Shown piece after piece: positions 12,962 through 26,177 of a stretch of 64,000 bases of DNA. Position 1 is the stretch's first letter. Each line of letters begins with the position of its first letter. Source of the DNA: Felis catus (taxonomy: Eukaryota). Below the pieces are notes generated by a model that was not told the origin of the DNA, did not search any database, and saw only the letters and a list, made by a program, of their open reading frames with translations. The position numbers and the translations under genes were made by a program. The stretch lies in the NCBI RefSeq assembly GCF_018350175.1, contig NC_058368.1, positions 183,646,001 through 183,710,000 of the forward strand, read 5' to 3'.

Positions 12962-13143
12962 AAATTAAATATAAATATAAATACAAATATAAATATAAAT
13001 AAATATATACATATACATATAGAATATATATAATATAATATAATATAATATATAATTTAATATATAATATATAATTTATGTATAATATATAATTTATATA
13101 TATACATATGTAATGTAAATATATATGTATATATATATAATAT
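12962..13143. repeat. (TA/TATAA)n AT-rich repeat
   Basis: Directly visible. Confidence 0.9.
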
Positions 13144-14569
13144 GACCCAGAGGAAAAAGAATTATTTTGAAATATATATTATTTAAAACATATATCTCCT
13201 CAGCCTGACTATAACTCACACATTTACTGTTTATGTTTTATAAAATAATAATGTTCCAGACAGTAGCTAAGAAATGATTATTTGCCCATGGGTCACACAT
13301 CAGAGCTTATATGCACATTGATGGATAGGGGAGGAACCTTCAATTTGCTTTTAAAAAATGAGATAAAAAGAGATCAAGGAAGGAAAAGAGCAGTCGCAGT
13401 TGATCAGTTTGATCACTTCTATAGATTGCTTGTCAGAGGGAGAAAAACATCACAGATATCACTTCAAGTTTTCAAAAGATTAGCACTGGACTAAGTTCTT
13501 CCCTAAACCCGTTCTTACCATTATGCCTCAATTATTTGACTTTTCTGTTAGCAAATGCCAATCACTCCCAGGTGTCCTTCATTATCAAGTCAAAGCATTT
13601 TCCTTCCCAAAACTCAGATTGCAGCATTTCCCAAGGCTTACTGATGGTTTTACGAGGAACCAAACTTTCCAGATAAGATATTTTATACTTTGCAAATCCT
13701 TTTAAGAACAGCATGCTGTAAGTGTGTGAGGCTAATTCTTTCTCCATCACATGCAGATAGAGTTGGGTTGGTTTTTCTACAATAATCAGGAGAAATTTCT
13801 CTTACAGTAACCCTTTCTGATAATGATCCAACATCTGCATGTTTGCAAAATAAAGGAAAAAAATAAGTGATCCTCAAAACTGCAAGTCAAAACTGTTGTA
13901 TAGGTTAAAAAATGCAATGATTTTTTTACCAATGATGGTATCTGAGGTGATCATGTTAAATTAATGTATCCATCAAATTAACTAAATTTGCTCTTTTCAG
14001 ATGGACATCAACACCGATGATGTTTTTTTCATTCAGTGTATATGTTTAGTTCCCCATATACGCAACTCAAAATTCAAAAACCATAAAACAGACAGAAAGA
14101 GCTAGTGTTAGAGCATTTCTATTTAGAAATGACCAAATTCAAGGTAAATATTTGCACATCAATGCAAGCTAATCAGGCATCCTTATCAAGAGGTAAAGCT
14201 GGTGCTTTACTCAAAGTTTAACATGGAATAGTTAAAGGCAAGGACAACTTTCAGGTGCCCTTATCAACATATTAGCCCCAATTGCATTTTCCAAATATGT
14301 TATCAAAATGGTAATTCTGTGCTTTCCTTTCTGTAGCTAGACTAGGTTTCATAAAGGTAGAATTATTACTATAAATATATTGGGGGGAAACTATTTCAAT
14401 TACTAGGAGAATATGTAACTCCAAGTCTATTTATTTCAATTTATTCAACTGTCTTGATATATTCGCGCACAGAACTTTATAAAGAATGAATAAATTCACC
14501 TTGAAATTGTACCAATTGACTTTGGCTGGGCTAGACTGTGAGAGGAATCAGAGTCCTTTTTTGAAATAA

Positions 14570-14840
14570 GCCTTGACAATGCTGATCAAAACAAAGAGGC
14601 TATTCATTTATTAAACTGACAGCTCAACCCCGGCTTCAAGCTTGTGGGATGATGGGGCCTGGGGTGTTAGTCATGGCCTGAGGTGCTGGCCTCTACCACA
14701 TACATTTTTGCTACTCACACACTCAGAGCCTATATCTGATGGTGTGACATTTCCTAGGGCATTGGCAGCTGTTCAGATGTCAAGCAGCTGGTGTGAGAAC
14801 TGTCATCCACTCCAGGTTGTTATTCCATGAGTGACATGTT
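14570..14840. promoter_or_regulatory. Candidate enhancer (TALE-homeodomain + bHLH motif cluster)
   Basis: Repeat-free; 6 TGACA/TGTCA, 2 CAGCTG + 1 CAGATG, SOX-like AACAAAG; motif evidence only. Confidence 0.35.
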
Positions 14841-15959
14841 AGCCCAGAGAATTTTTTCATAAAACCACCTTGGTTTCCCTTTAGTTACTTATAATCTTTC
14901 AAAAATTTCAGCAAAGAGATGTGTCGGGGATAACAACTCTATTAAAGCAAAATTGGGCACCAGATAATAGTGGTTATTATTATAAACTTGTGAAATATGT
15001 GTTGAGGAGTTTGTTACTAATATAGTCATTGTACCAAATTTTGTAAACCAATTATTTATTTCATGAGTGATACTGAATTCAACTTTCTATTTACTTATTC
15101 AACAGGTAAAGCACTGTAATGCTATTCTGAATACTCTCAGAATGCTACATAAACTAAAATTATCTTGGGTATGGCAGTGGGAGTGTGTTAGGTACACACG
15201 AACATCACCATCATGTGTGACCATCCAAAAGCTACACAATCATATGGAATAGAGCAAACCATGCTCAACAGAGCACATTTAAATTTTCAGTCATCCACAG
15301 TATTATCTCGGCTTCTGAAGCACACTCAGCAACATTCAGAATGTGAAAGCATTCTTTCTTAGAACACAAATTGCTACATGTTAAAACAAAGGGTTCCTTC
15401 TAAGAATATTCTGTTGCAAGATACAAAGTAAAGACAAGTTCTTGAACCAGTATGAGATGGTGTTAAAATCTGATCGTTTGTAGAAAGAGGAATATGTCCT
15501 TAAAAAAAAAAAAAAGGCTCAAAGGAATATGGCTGAGTAGGAGAAATCTTGTATGAAACCTTTGAATGAAGAGAGCAAAGCATGATACTAGTCACAGCTA
15601 GAGGCTGGATATTCCCAAAGCCTCTAAGAAATTTTGGCTTTCCTCAAAAGACATGTTTACTCAGGTTTACTTAAGATGGGAAAACAAATCTATGAATTTT
15701 AAAGTCATTTCAGTAAAATGACAGCAACATGGCCTGACAAAAATGATGCTGGCAATACTGCTAATTTTTCATTCTTTAATTTCCTACTGATCACTTTGCA
15801 CATGCTTTTTCTACACATAAGTATGAAGTGCTGAGTTTTAAAGTTTATTTTTTATCATTTCTTTCTTGCTTCCTTTCCAAATTTTTGTAACATTATTACA
15901 AATTTCTCTTAGAGCATCCTCTCCCACCCCCCACCGCCACCATTAGCCCACATAAAGGA

Positions 15960-16345
15960 GGTAGAGCTGAATAATCCCCAATGTCAAGGTAGCAGGCATA
16001 GGACATGGGCCTAGACCAGGTCACTGCCTTATATACACTTTAAAGTAGCAAATGACTCCAACTGGGCCAATAAAATTTGGTTCCCAAATTGATGAGGAAT
16101 TGATGAGGAAAAGTTTTGAAGCAGTAAGTTAGCTACTTTACTGCACCATTGAGAGAGCTTCTCTGAAAACTGAATCATCACAGAAGAAAAAAAAGGAACA
16201 CATCTATGCAAAGAGCCTAGTGACATCCATTGAGACCCTGAATTTACCCTTGTCTGAAAACACAACCCACATACATTTCAGTTACACAAGCAAATAAAAT
16301 CCCTGTCATTAAGCCAATTTGCAATGATTTTGTTATTGTACCTGG
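15960..16345 (+). mobile_element. MaLR solo LTR (MLT1-type)
   Basis: ATGACTCCAACTGGGCCAAT.., TTGAGACCCTGAAT.., TTTCAGTTACACAAGCAAATAAAATCCC..TTAAGCCAATTTG. Confidence 0.6.
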
Positions 16346-16514
16346 ACAAATGTTAATCCAACTATGCTCAAATTTTTATTAAGTCCTCTTTTGTAAATTC
16401 TTGTACAAACTTGTGTTTGGAAAGGAAATAATATAATTAAAATAGATTTCTGTGAATTTTTGACAGATAGCCTTCACCTACATTTTTGGCCTATGCTTTA
16501 ATGGACTAACATAC

Positions 16515-17010
16515 TTAACAAATGATCTGGAACAAACTGGCCATCCAAAGGAGAAAAAGAAAAGTAAAAAATCTATACACACATCTGATACCATTCACAA
16601 AACTTACCTCAAGATAAATTGAAATCTTAAAAGCAGGGAGGGACAAATGATAGGGTATTTTAAAAGGACTGAAACAGACTAAAATTGACTTATCGATAGA
16701 AAAAAAAAACAGTGGAATGTTCATCTTCAAAATTCTAAAAAATAAAGAAAAACAAAATCCTGCTTATCTAGAATGCTACACCCAGTAAAAGTATCTATGG
16801 AGAATGAAGGTGAAATAAAGATATTTTAGACCAAAAAAAAGAAAGTAAGTAAAAAATAATGATAACATAAATAAATGAAAACCTGGGAGAATTTATCACT
16901 TTCAGCCTTGTACTAAGGACACTGTAAACAGAGTTGCTCAGGCAAAAGAACAATAATCACAGAAGGAAAATAGAAGAAAGGAAAATAGGAAAAGTAATGA
17001 TGAGTAAGTA
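16515..17010 (+). mobile_element. Old LINE-1 fragments (ORF2 piece and ORF1 piece)
   Basis: AACAAATGATCTGGAACAAACTGG..; AGAATGCTACACCCAGTAAAA..AATGAAGGTGAAATAAAGATATTT (ORF1 C-terminal motif). Confidence 0.5.
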
Positions 17011-17014
17011 TACA

Positions 17015-18617
17015 AAGAAATTAATTCAAAATGGATCACAGACCTAAATATAAAATAAAAAATATAAAACTTCTAGAAGATAATATAGGAGAAAATCTAG
17101 ATGATCGTGGGGATGGTAATAACTTTTTAGACACAACACGAAACATGTGATCCATGAAATAAATAATTGATAAGCTGGACTTCATTAAAATTAAAAGTTC
17201 TGGGGCGCCTGGGTGGTTCAGTCGGTTAAGCATCTGACTTTGGCTCAGGTCATGATCTCACGGTTGTGAGTTGGAGCTCCGCGTCAGGCTCTGTGCTGAC
17301 AGCTCAGAGCCTGGAGCCTGCTTCGAATAATGTGTCTCCTTCTCTCTCTGCCCCTCTCCAACTTGTGCTCCATCTCTCTGTGTCTCAAAAAATAAATAAA
17401 TGTAAAAAAAATTAAAAGTTCTGCTCTGCAAAAGATAATGTAAAGAGAATGAGAAGACAAGCCACAGACTAGGAGAAAATATTTACAAAAGATACATCTG
17501 ATAAGGACTGTTATCCAAAATATACAAAGAACTCTTAAAATTCAACAATAAGAAAACAACCTGGTTAGAAAATGGGTCAAAGACCTGAAGAGACACCTCA
17601 CTAAAGCCGTACAGATGCATAAAGTGTATGAAAAAGTATTTCACGTGCTTTGTCACAAGGAAATCACAAATTAAAAAAACAATTATATGCTACTAGAGGC
17701 CTATTAAAATAGCTAAAATCTGAAACACTGACAACACCGAATGCCAGTGAAAAAGTTGAACAACAAGAGCTCTGATTTACTGCTGGTGAAGATGCAAAAT
17801 GGTACAGCCACTTTGGAAGATAGTTTCCTAAAAGACTAAAGAAGGTGGTTTCTTAAAAGACTAAACATATTCTTACCCTATGATCCAGCATTCATACTCC
17901 TTGATATTTACCCAAAGGAGGTGAAAACTTATGCTGAAGATTTATTCCCTGCACATGGGTGTTTATGGTAGCTTTACTCATAATTGCAAAAACTTGGAAG
18001 CAACCAAAATGTCCCTTATCTGGTGAATGGATCAACTATGATACATCCAAATAATGAAATATTATTCAGCGCTAAAAAAAAAAAAAAAAGCTATCAAACC
18101 ACAAAACAAAACAAACAAACAAAAACCAAACAAAACCAAACGAAGGAATTTTAAATGGATATTAGTAACTGAAAAAAGTCAATCTGAAAAGGCTATATAA
18201 TAGATAATTCCAAATATATGACATTCTGGAAAAGGCAAAACTATAAAGGTAGTCAAAACATCACTGGTTGCCTGGAAGGAGGGATGAATAGGCAGAGCAC
18301 AGAGGATTACCAGCTCAACAAAAATACTCTGTATGATACCATAATGATGGATACACGTCAATATACATTTGTCCAAACCCGTAGAATGAACAATATCAAG
18401 AATGAACCATAATGTAAACTATGAATTTGGGATAATTACGATATGTCAGTGTAGGTTCATCCATTGTAACAAATATACAAACAAATCCTGGTGGAGGACG
18501 CTGATAATAGAGAATACACATGTGTGATGACGTGGGGTATGTGAGAAATCTCTGCACATTCCTCTCAATTTTGCTGTGAACCTAAACCTGCTCAGAAAAG
18601 AGTATCTTAATAAAAAA
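17015..18617 (+). mobile_element. LINE-1 L1MC-like 3' end (ORF2 tail + 3'UTR)
   Basis: AATTCAAAATGGATCACAGACCTAAAT..ATGGTACAGCCACTTTGGAAGA..CTCAATTTTGCTGTGAACCTAAA..AATAAAAAA. Confidence 0.85.
17202..17407 (+). mobile_element. Can-SINE (feliform) inside L1
   Basis: GGGGCGCCTGGGTGG head; TSD aaaattaaaagttct on both sides. Confidence 0.96.
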
Positions 18618-18924
18618 TTGAGTATGTATTTATATACATACATATATACATGTATGTATATATATATACATACATATACATACATGTATGTATATATATA
18701 TACATATATTTTTTTAAGTAAACACACACACACAAAACAAGTTGTGATTTCATAGGGAAAGGACCATCATATTGTGCTAAATTCCGGTCATCTAGAAATT
18801 AATCACTCTGATTAATCTCTTTCCTTGGATTTCGAACATTTCCAGTGACATTCATTTTTATTTTTTAAATGTTTTTTTAAGGTCATTCTTTTTTATACCT
18901 GTATCTTTCTCTATCCCTCTTTAT

Positions 18925-18925
18925 A

Positions 18926-18979
<54 letters not shown>
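18925..18979. repeat. (CA)n microsatellite
   Basis: Directly visible. Confidence 0.95.
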
Positions 18980-18980
<1 letters not shown>

Positions 18981-19215
18981 TTTAGGGATGAAGAAATGGT
19001 CTGAAATTGCCAGTGTTAACTATATCATTGGCATGTACAAAACTAAAATACATAAGCATATGCATAAAGTATAGAATAAATTCACTAAAAATTTTTAGAT
19101 TTTAACACAAAATGGAATTATGTAAAATATACAAAGAAATTATCTTCGATAAAATACACACACGTCTGCATAAAAATATTGATATATATAAACATATAGA
19201 CATATATGCGTTCTT

Positions 19216-19615
19216 TTAAAAAGTTTTAATTTTATTTAAATCCAGGTTAGTTAACATAGTGTAATAGTGATTTCAGGAGTAAAATTTAGTGATTCATCAC
19301 TTACATATAACACCCAATGCTCATCCCAACAAATACCCTCCTTAATGTCCATCACCCCACCTAACACCCCTCCAGCAATCCCCTATTTGTTTTCTGTATT
19401 TAAGAGTCTTTTATGGTTTGCCTCCCTTTCTCTTTTTATCTTTTTTCTTTCCCTTTCCCAGTGTTCATCTTAACCTCCACATGAGTAAAATGATATGATA
19501 TTTATCTTTCTCTGGCTTATTTCACTTAGCATAATACACTAGTTTCATCCATGTTGTTGCAAATGGCAAAATTTCATTATTTTTCATCACCAAGTAATAT
19601 GCCTCAATTCCACTA

Positions 19616-19655
<40 letters not shown>

Positions 19656-22110
19656 GTGTGTGTGTGCGTGCACGTGCATATAATCTTCTTTATCCATTCG
19701 TCAGTCAATGGACATTTGGGCTCTTCCCATAATTTGGCTATTGTTGATAGTGCTGCTATAAACATTGGGGTGCATGTGCCTCTTCCAGTCTGCATTTTTT
19801 TAATCCTTTGGATAAATACTTGGTAGTGCATTTGTTGGGTCATAGGGTAGTTCTATTTTTAATTGTTTGAGGAAACTCCATACTGTTTTGCAGAGTGGCT
19901 TCTCCAGCTTGCATTCCCACCAGCAGCACAAAAGAGTTCCCCTTTCTCCATATCCTCACCAATATCTGTTGTTTCCTGAGTTGGTAATGTTAGCCATTCT
20001 GACTGGTGTGAGGTGGTATCTCATTGTGGTTTTGATTTGCATTTCCCTGATGATGAGGGATGTTGAGCATCATTTCATGTGTCTGTTACCTAGCTGGATT
20101 CTTTTTTGGAAAAGTGTCTATTCATGTCTACCGCCCATTTCTTCACTGGCTTATTTGTTTTTTGGATGCTGAGGTTGATAAATTCTTCATAGATTTTAGA
20201 TATTAATCCTTTATCTGATAGGTCATTTGTAAATATCTTCTCCCATTCCATTGGTTGTCTTTTAGTTTTTTTGATTGTTTCCTTCACTGTGTGGAAGCTT
20301 TACATCTTGATGAGGTCCCAATAGTTCATTTTTGCTTTTATTTATCTTGCCCCCAGATATGTCTAGTAAGAAGTTGCTGCAGCCAAGGTTAAAGAGGTTG
20401 TTGACTGTTTTCTCCTCTAGGATTTTGATGGCTTCCTGTCTTACATATAGATCTTTTATCTCTTTTGAGTTTATTTGTGTTTGTGGTATAAAAAAATGGT
20501 CAAGTTCCATTCTTCTGTATTTCACTGTCCAGATTTCCCAATGCCATTTGCCACAGAGACTGTCTTTTTTCCATTAGATATTCTTTCCTGATTTGTCAAA
20601 GATTAGTTGGCCATGCGTTTGTGGGTCCATTTCTGGGTTCTCTATTCTGTTCCATTGATTTGAGTGTCTGTTTTTGTGCGAATACCATACTGTCCTGATG
20701 ATTACAGCTTTGTAATACAGCTTGAAGTCTGGGATTGTGATGTCTCTAGCTTTGGTTTTCATTTTCAAGATTGCTTTGGCTATTCAGGGTCTTTTCTGGT
20801 TCCATACAAATTTTAGGATTGTTTGATCTAACTCTGTGAAGAATGCTGGTATTATTTTGATAGGGATTGCATTGAATATGTAGATTGCTTTGGGTAGTTG
20901 GTCATATATTTGTGGGTCAGTTTCTGGGTTCTCTCTTCTGTTCCATTGACCTATATGTTTGTTTTTGTGCCAATACCATACTGTCTTGATGATTGCAGCT
21001 TTGTAATACAACTTGAGGTCCAGAATTTGGTGATGCCTCCAGCTTTGGTTTTCTTTTTCAACATTACATTGGCTATTCAGGGTCTTTTGTGATTCCACAC
21101 AAATTTTAGGATTGTTTGGTCCAGCTCTGAGAAGAATGCTGGTGCTATTTTGATTGGGATTGCATTGAATGTGTAGATTGCTTTGGGTTGTATCGACATT
21201 TTAACAATATTTGTTTTCCATTTCTTTGTGTCTTCTTCAATTTCTTTCATAAGATTTCTGTAGTTTTCAGTGTATACATCTTTTAAGTCTTTGGTTAAAT
21301 TTATTCCTAAGTTTTATGGTTTTTGGAGCAATCACAGATGGGATCGATTCCTTGATTTTTCTTTCTGCTGTTTCATAATTGGTGTATAGAAATGCCACAG
21401 ATTTCTGTGCATTGATTTTATATCCTGAGACTTTGTTGAATTCATGTATCAGTTCTAGCAGTTTTTTTGGTGAAATATTTTGGGTTTTCCAGGTAGAGTA
21501 TCATGTGGTTTATGATGAGTGAAAGTTTGACTTCTTCATTGCCAATTTGAATGCCTTTTATTTCTTTGTGTCATCTGATTGCTAATGCTAGGACTTCCAA
21601 CACTATGTTGAACATAGCGAGATTGGATATCCGTGTTGTGTTCCTGACCTTAGGGGAAAGCTCTCAGTTTTTCCCCATAGAGGATGATATCAGCCATGGG
21701 TCTTTAGTATATAGCCTTTATGATCTTGAGGTATGTTCCTTCTATCCCTACTTTGTTGAGAGATTTTATCAAGAAAGGATGCTGTATTTTGTCAAATGCC
21801 TTTTCTGCATCTATTGAGAGGATCATGTGGTTCCTATCCCTTTATTTATTTAGTTAGTCAATTAGTTATGTGATGTATCATGTTGATTGATTTGTGGATA
21901 TTGAGCCAGGCTTGCAGCCCAGCAATAAACCTCACTTCCATCATGGTGAATATTTCTTTTAAAGTGTTGTTGGATCTGTTTTGCTAGTATCTTGTTGAGA
22001 ATTTTTGCATCCATGTTCATCAGAGAAATTGAACGGAAACATCAGGGAAATTTTAGTTCTCCTTTCTAGTGGGGTATTTGTCTGGTTTTTGAATTCAGGT
22101 AATGCTGGCA
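19216..22110 (-). mobile_element. 5'-truncated carnivore LINE-1 (~2.9 kb) with internal duplication
   Basis: Minus-strand ORF pieces are L1 ORF2 ([41 protein letters not shown]); TSD catatatgcgttctt (19201-19215) / catatatgcattctt (22113-22127). Confidence 0.93.
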
Positions 22111-23849
22111 GGCATATATGCATTCTTATGTATGTTTGTATATATAAGAACGCATATATTTATTCCTTAATTTCATAGGTTTTCCTTAATATCCTGATTC
22201 TTTAAATCTGACTTGTTCCCTGAATGTTATCACTGCTTACTTAAATATGTCAACTGTTGCTTAATTTTTTTGTTTGTTTGTTTGTACTCTTGGATTCTTG
22301 GTCACTTTGAATATTTAATACTGATCACTAAAAATAATCTTCTGAATGTTTTCAACTTTCATTATTCTCATTCTCAGATTTTTCTCCTACTGTGTATTAG
22401 GACTTCAGAATGAACATATGTATGTGTGTATGTACAAAGAGATATTTGTATGTGTCTATAGATAGATGTTTGTTATCTATCTAACCATCCATCTACCTAC
22501 CCATCCATTCATGGAGAGGGAGGGAGAGACAAAGATAGGAGGTGCTGTAGCTAATTTTCATCTTTAAATTTAGGCTTTGGAGTTCCTCCATCCTTTTTAA
22601 AATACACTCTGGATACTTCTGCATGTTTCCTTGGAGACTTTTCTGGGAAAACAAAACCTTTCAACATTTGCATCTACTTTAAGTCAAAGGATTTAGTTTT
22701 TTGCTTTGTTTTAGAAAGAAAGGAATGATGCTAGGTTGAGGAAGACTGGGAAGAGGGAGAAAGACAAGAGTCCATTAGTTTATTTGTCCCCTCATTCATT
22801 GTGATGCTCAAGGTTATAAAGTGATGCCTGCTATGCAGAAATAAATTACCATATTAGAAACAATGGTTTTGAAACCATGGGGTATGCACATCAGGAAATA
22901 CTAAATTAACAACTGTGTTCATTTTGCCTAAAATATAATATTACCATAAGTCAGAACATTACAATGCATTGAAATGTTCCCATTTTATCTAAAACTTAAA
23001 TTCTTATTTGATTCAGTTAAAAGCAATAATCTTTCCCCAATATATTCCCATTTTAGATTCATTTATCTCATTTCATACAGTCTTTTTCACATTATGCAAG
23101 TTCAGAGTTTGTGAGGAATTTTTCTAGTTCATTTTCTGATTTAAGACTAAACAAAGAGAGTGGTCACTTCTCATAATTTTTATTCCTAGATCCAGAAAAT
23201 TATAGATGTTGCATGAATGTTTTTTTAATAACTGGATCATGTAGAATCAGGCAAAAGTTTGGTATTTTCTCTATCCCTTTTAAGAAATTTTCTTATTTTC
23301 AAAGTTTACATCAGGACCCATGTAAATATCTTGCCTCATATCACAATGAAAATAAACTAGGAAAAAATAATTTTATGTGCATTTAAAAAGTATTCATTAG
23401 TATTAGAGGAGGCAACAGTTCTGGACAGAATGTAATTTCTAAATAATATTTTGTGTACTTTAACAGAGACTCTTAATTATGAAATACAAAATTTAAAGCA
23501 CATTCCAAGGAAGGAAAGGCTGTAGTAATTCTCTTTATTACTTACTACTATCAGTTGACTTGTTTTGATTCTGATAATTGAAAATACTATGTTTCCTGTT
23601 TACCACTTCTAATCACTTCCCTACTTTCCCTTCTGTTTATGTTGGGATTTGGGGATTTCGTTTTGTTTTTTGTTATTTTGCTTTCTTTTTTTTTTTAAGA
23701 AAGAAAAAATTTAAGGATTTGAAATTAGTTTGTAGAGTTAATGGCCTACGGTTCTATTTTCATCTTCTCTTACTCTCAAGAGAGAATAAAAATCTCCACA
23801 GTCTTCAAACATGGAGCTTTTGCTTTCATATTGGAGATTTTTACTCCCC

Positions 23850-24090
23850 CCTTGTCAGCAAAATTGCTGATCAAGTGTCAGGTTCCATTTGAAAGGCTTA
23901 ACAGCACATCTTGTCAGTTTTTACAGCTCTGAAAATGTCCCCAATTTACTTTAATTGTCTTCTCTCAGGTGGCAGCAATCAAATGACAGTGATAAGGGAA
24001 GTGTTTCCTATTACAGCAATGAGTTTAGATTCTCTAGCCCTCTCAGCCATACCATATACAAGTGATAATGAACAACCTGACAATTAAATA
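23850..24090. promoter_or_regulatory. Candidate enhancer (TGACA cluster)
   Basis: Repeat-free; 5 TGACA/TGTCA, GATAAG, TAATT cores; motif evidence only. Confidence 0.3.
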
Positions 24091-25269
24091 GACACCATTT
24101 TTGAGTTGCTATATAAACAGTGGGACATAGTCTTATTACTTAATTACTAGAATACCAACTGATACAAAAAAGCCAGCATTTTCTTCTAATGTGTGGACTC
24201 CAGAAGAATCTCCTTGGAATTGATTCCTGTATCTCTTTACTTAGATTAAAGCCTGCCACTGTGAAATAAAAAAAATAAAACACACACACACACACACACA
24301 CTTCTTTCACTTAACTTGCCAACATGTCCCTTTCCCCCTCCTAAAACCTCAGACATTAATTAATTATGCATTTCTTTACTTGTAATTAAAGATGGGATTA
24401 AAAAAAACTTAGTTTCATAGTCGGTGGTCCTTATGTAAAAAGGAGGAAAATATGTTCTTGCTTTAATAATATTTTCTTCACTGACACTAAATTAATAATA
24501 CCTTTGACCTCAAGGTAACCAACCACTAGCAGATTGCCAGTGAAGAATTTCTTTTTAACAATTTAATAATTTCATAGAGGTAATTAATTATGTCAGTGTT
24601 CAAGCTAACTTTTGTAAGAGCGATTATTCTTTAGTTTAAACTCCTTATTGCTATCTGGTGTATGGCAAAATGATGCAGAACTAGTAAATAATGTCTAACA
24701 CGTATGGCCCCTCTCAGATTTCTTCAGATTCATTATTGACTTTACCCTTTATTAGAACTATAAATCACAGAATAGGTCAATTAATGCAACTAATATTGTC
24801 AGTTAGGTTTTATATTTTAAAGCATCACACAATACACTGAAGTGAAAAGAGAGTAGTTCTCTACTGCTGTATTTTGACCTTAGGACAACTAATTTACTTG
24901 TGAGAAAATAGTTAAATCTTCTTCCTTCTTTCTTTTTTTTATTTTTATTTTTCACTAATTTATTTACTTATTTAATTTTTTAGTCTCTCAAATTTGTCAG
25001 GCTCCATGTTCAAAGCCTATGTACACAAAATGGACAATTAGAGAATTCCAAGAATTTTCATATAACTCATGTTTTTACTTTTTTTTCTTTTTTAATTCAA
25101 GGTTACAAAAGATGGGGTAGGTAATATCCAAAAGACAATGAGAATATGCAAAGATAAATAAACGAATAGTCACAATAAACAGTCTTGAGAAAGACTGGAA
25201 GTAAAAATGTTTCATACAGATTTGCTTGTTAGACTACAGAAAGAAACAAAGGAAGACATAAAAAGAACA

Positions 25270-25490
25270 ATTATTGAGTACTTCAGTGTTAATCACTATG
25301 TTAAAAAATTTGAGGTTTTTGAGTTTTGTTTTGTTTTTTTAAGTGTTGCCCTATGACCAACATTATTTTATTTCCAATTTATGGAGGAAAAAAATAGTTT
25401 AGCAAAGTGAAATATCAAATTAAGCAATTTATAAGTGGTAGCCTGAGATTTATACTGTGTCTAATGGGCTTCATAATTCAAGCTACTCTA
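25270..25490 (-). mobile_element. MIR fragment
   Basis: TTATTGAGTACT..CCCTATGA..ATTATTTT..CCAATTTATGGAGGAAA..AAGTGGTAGCCTGAGATTT. Confidence 0.5.
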
Positions 25491-25703
25491 TGCCACCATA
25501 TTTGCATACACAATATATATTGAATAAAAGCGTTCGGTTTCCCCACCTTTAGTTAAAGGTGCAATGAAGAAGTTATCCATCTTCAAAGAAATGCAACAAT
25601 ATTTGTTAGCAACAGGTAACAGAATACAATTACTCTTACTTTTAAAACAACTATTTTCTAACTTCAAAACTACAGGTTATAATTTAAACTTGTATATATA
25701 ATT

Positions 25704-25870
25704 GGGGTACCTGGGTGGCTCAGTTGGTTAAGTGGTCGACTTCGGCTCAGGTCATGGTCTCACAGTTCATGAGTTTGAGACCTGCATTGGGCTTTGTGCT
25801 GACAGTTCAGAGCCCGGATCCTGCTTTGGATTCTGTGCCTCCCTCTGTCTCTGCCCCTCCCCTGCTCGCA

Positions 25871-25903
<33 letters not shown>

Positions 25904-25927
25904 AAAAATAAATATATTTTTTAAAAA
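25704..25927 (+). mobile_element. Can-SINE (feliform)
   Basis: Complete head, CT tract, AATAAA tail. Confidence 0.95.
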
Positions 25928-26141
25928 GTTTAACCTTAAACACTTAATAAAGATGCATACTTTAGAGATCACACAATGCTGGTTAATAATTTGAAAGCCA
26001 AAATTAGGTGAACCTTGCTTTCTCTTTCTTGGGTATGGCATCCATTTATTTTATTCCATAGACATCTATTTTTGAAAGTTCTAATCCATCTATTTTCATT
26101 GTGATTTTTCAATGTTTTAAAATGCCTGTTCTTTACTTTTC

Positions 26142-26142
<1 letters not shown>

Positions 26143-26177
<35 letters not shown>

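Noticed and set aside
14001..14143. Plus-strand exon-like segment starting ATG GAC ATC after ctcttttcag
   Set aside because: ORF closes after ~34 codons, peptide unrecognised; such splice-like pairs are common by chance
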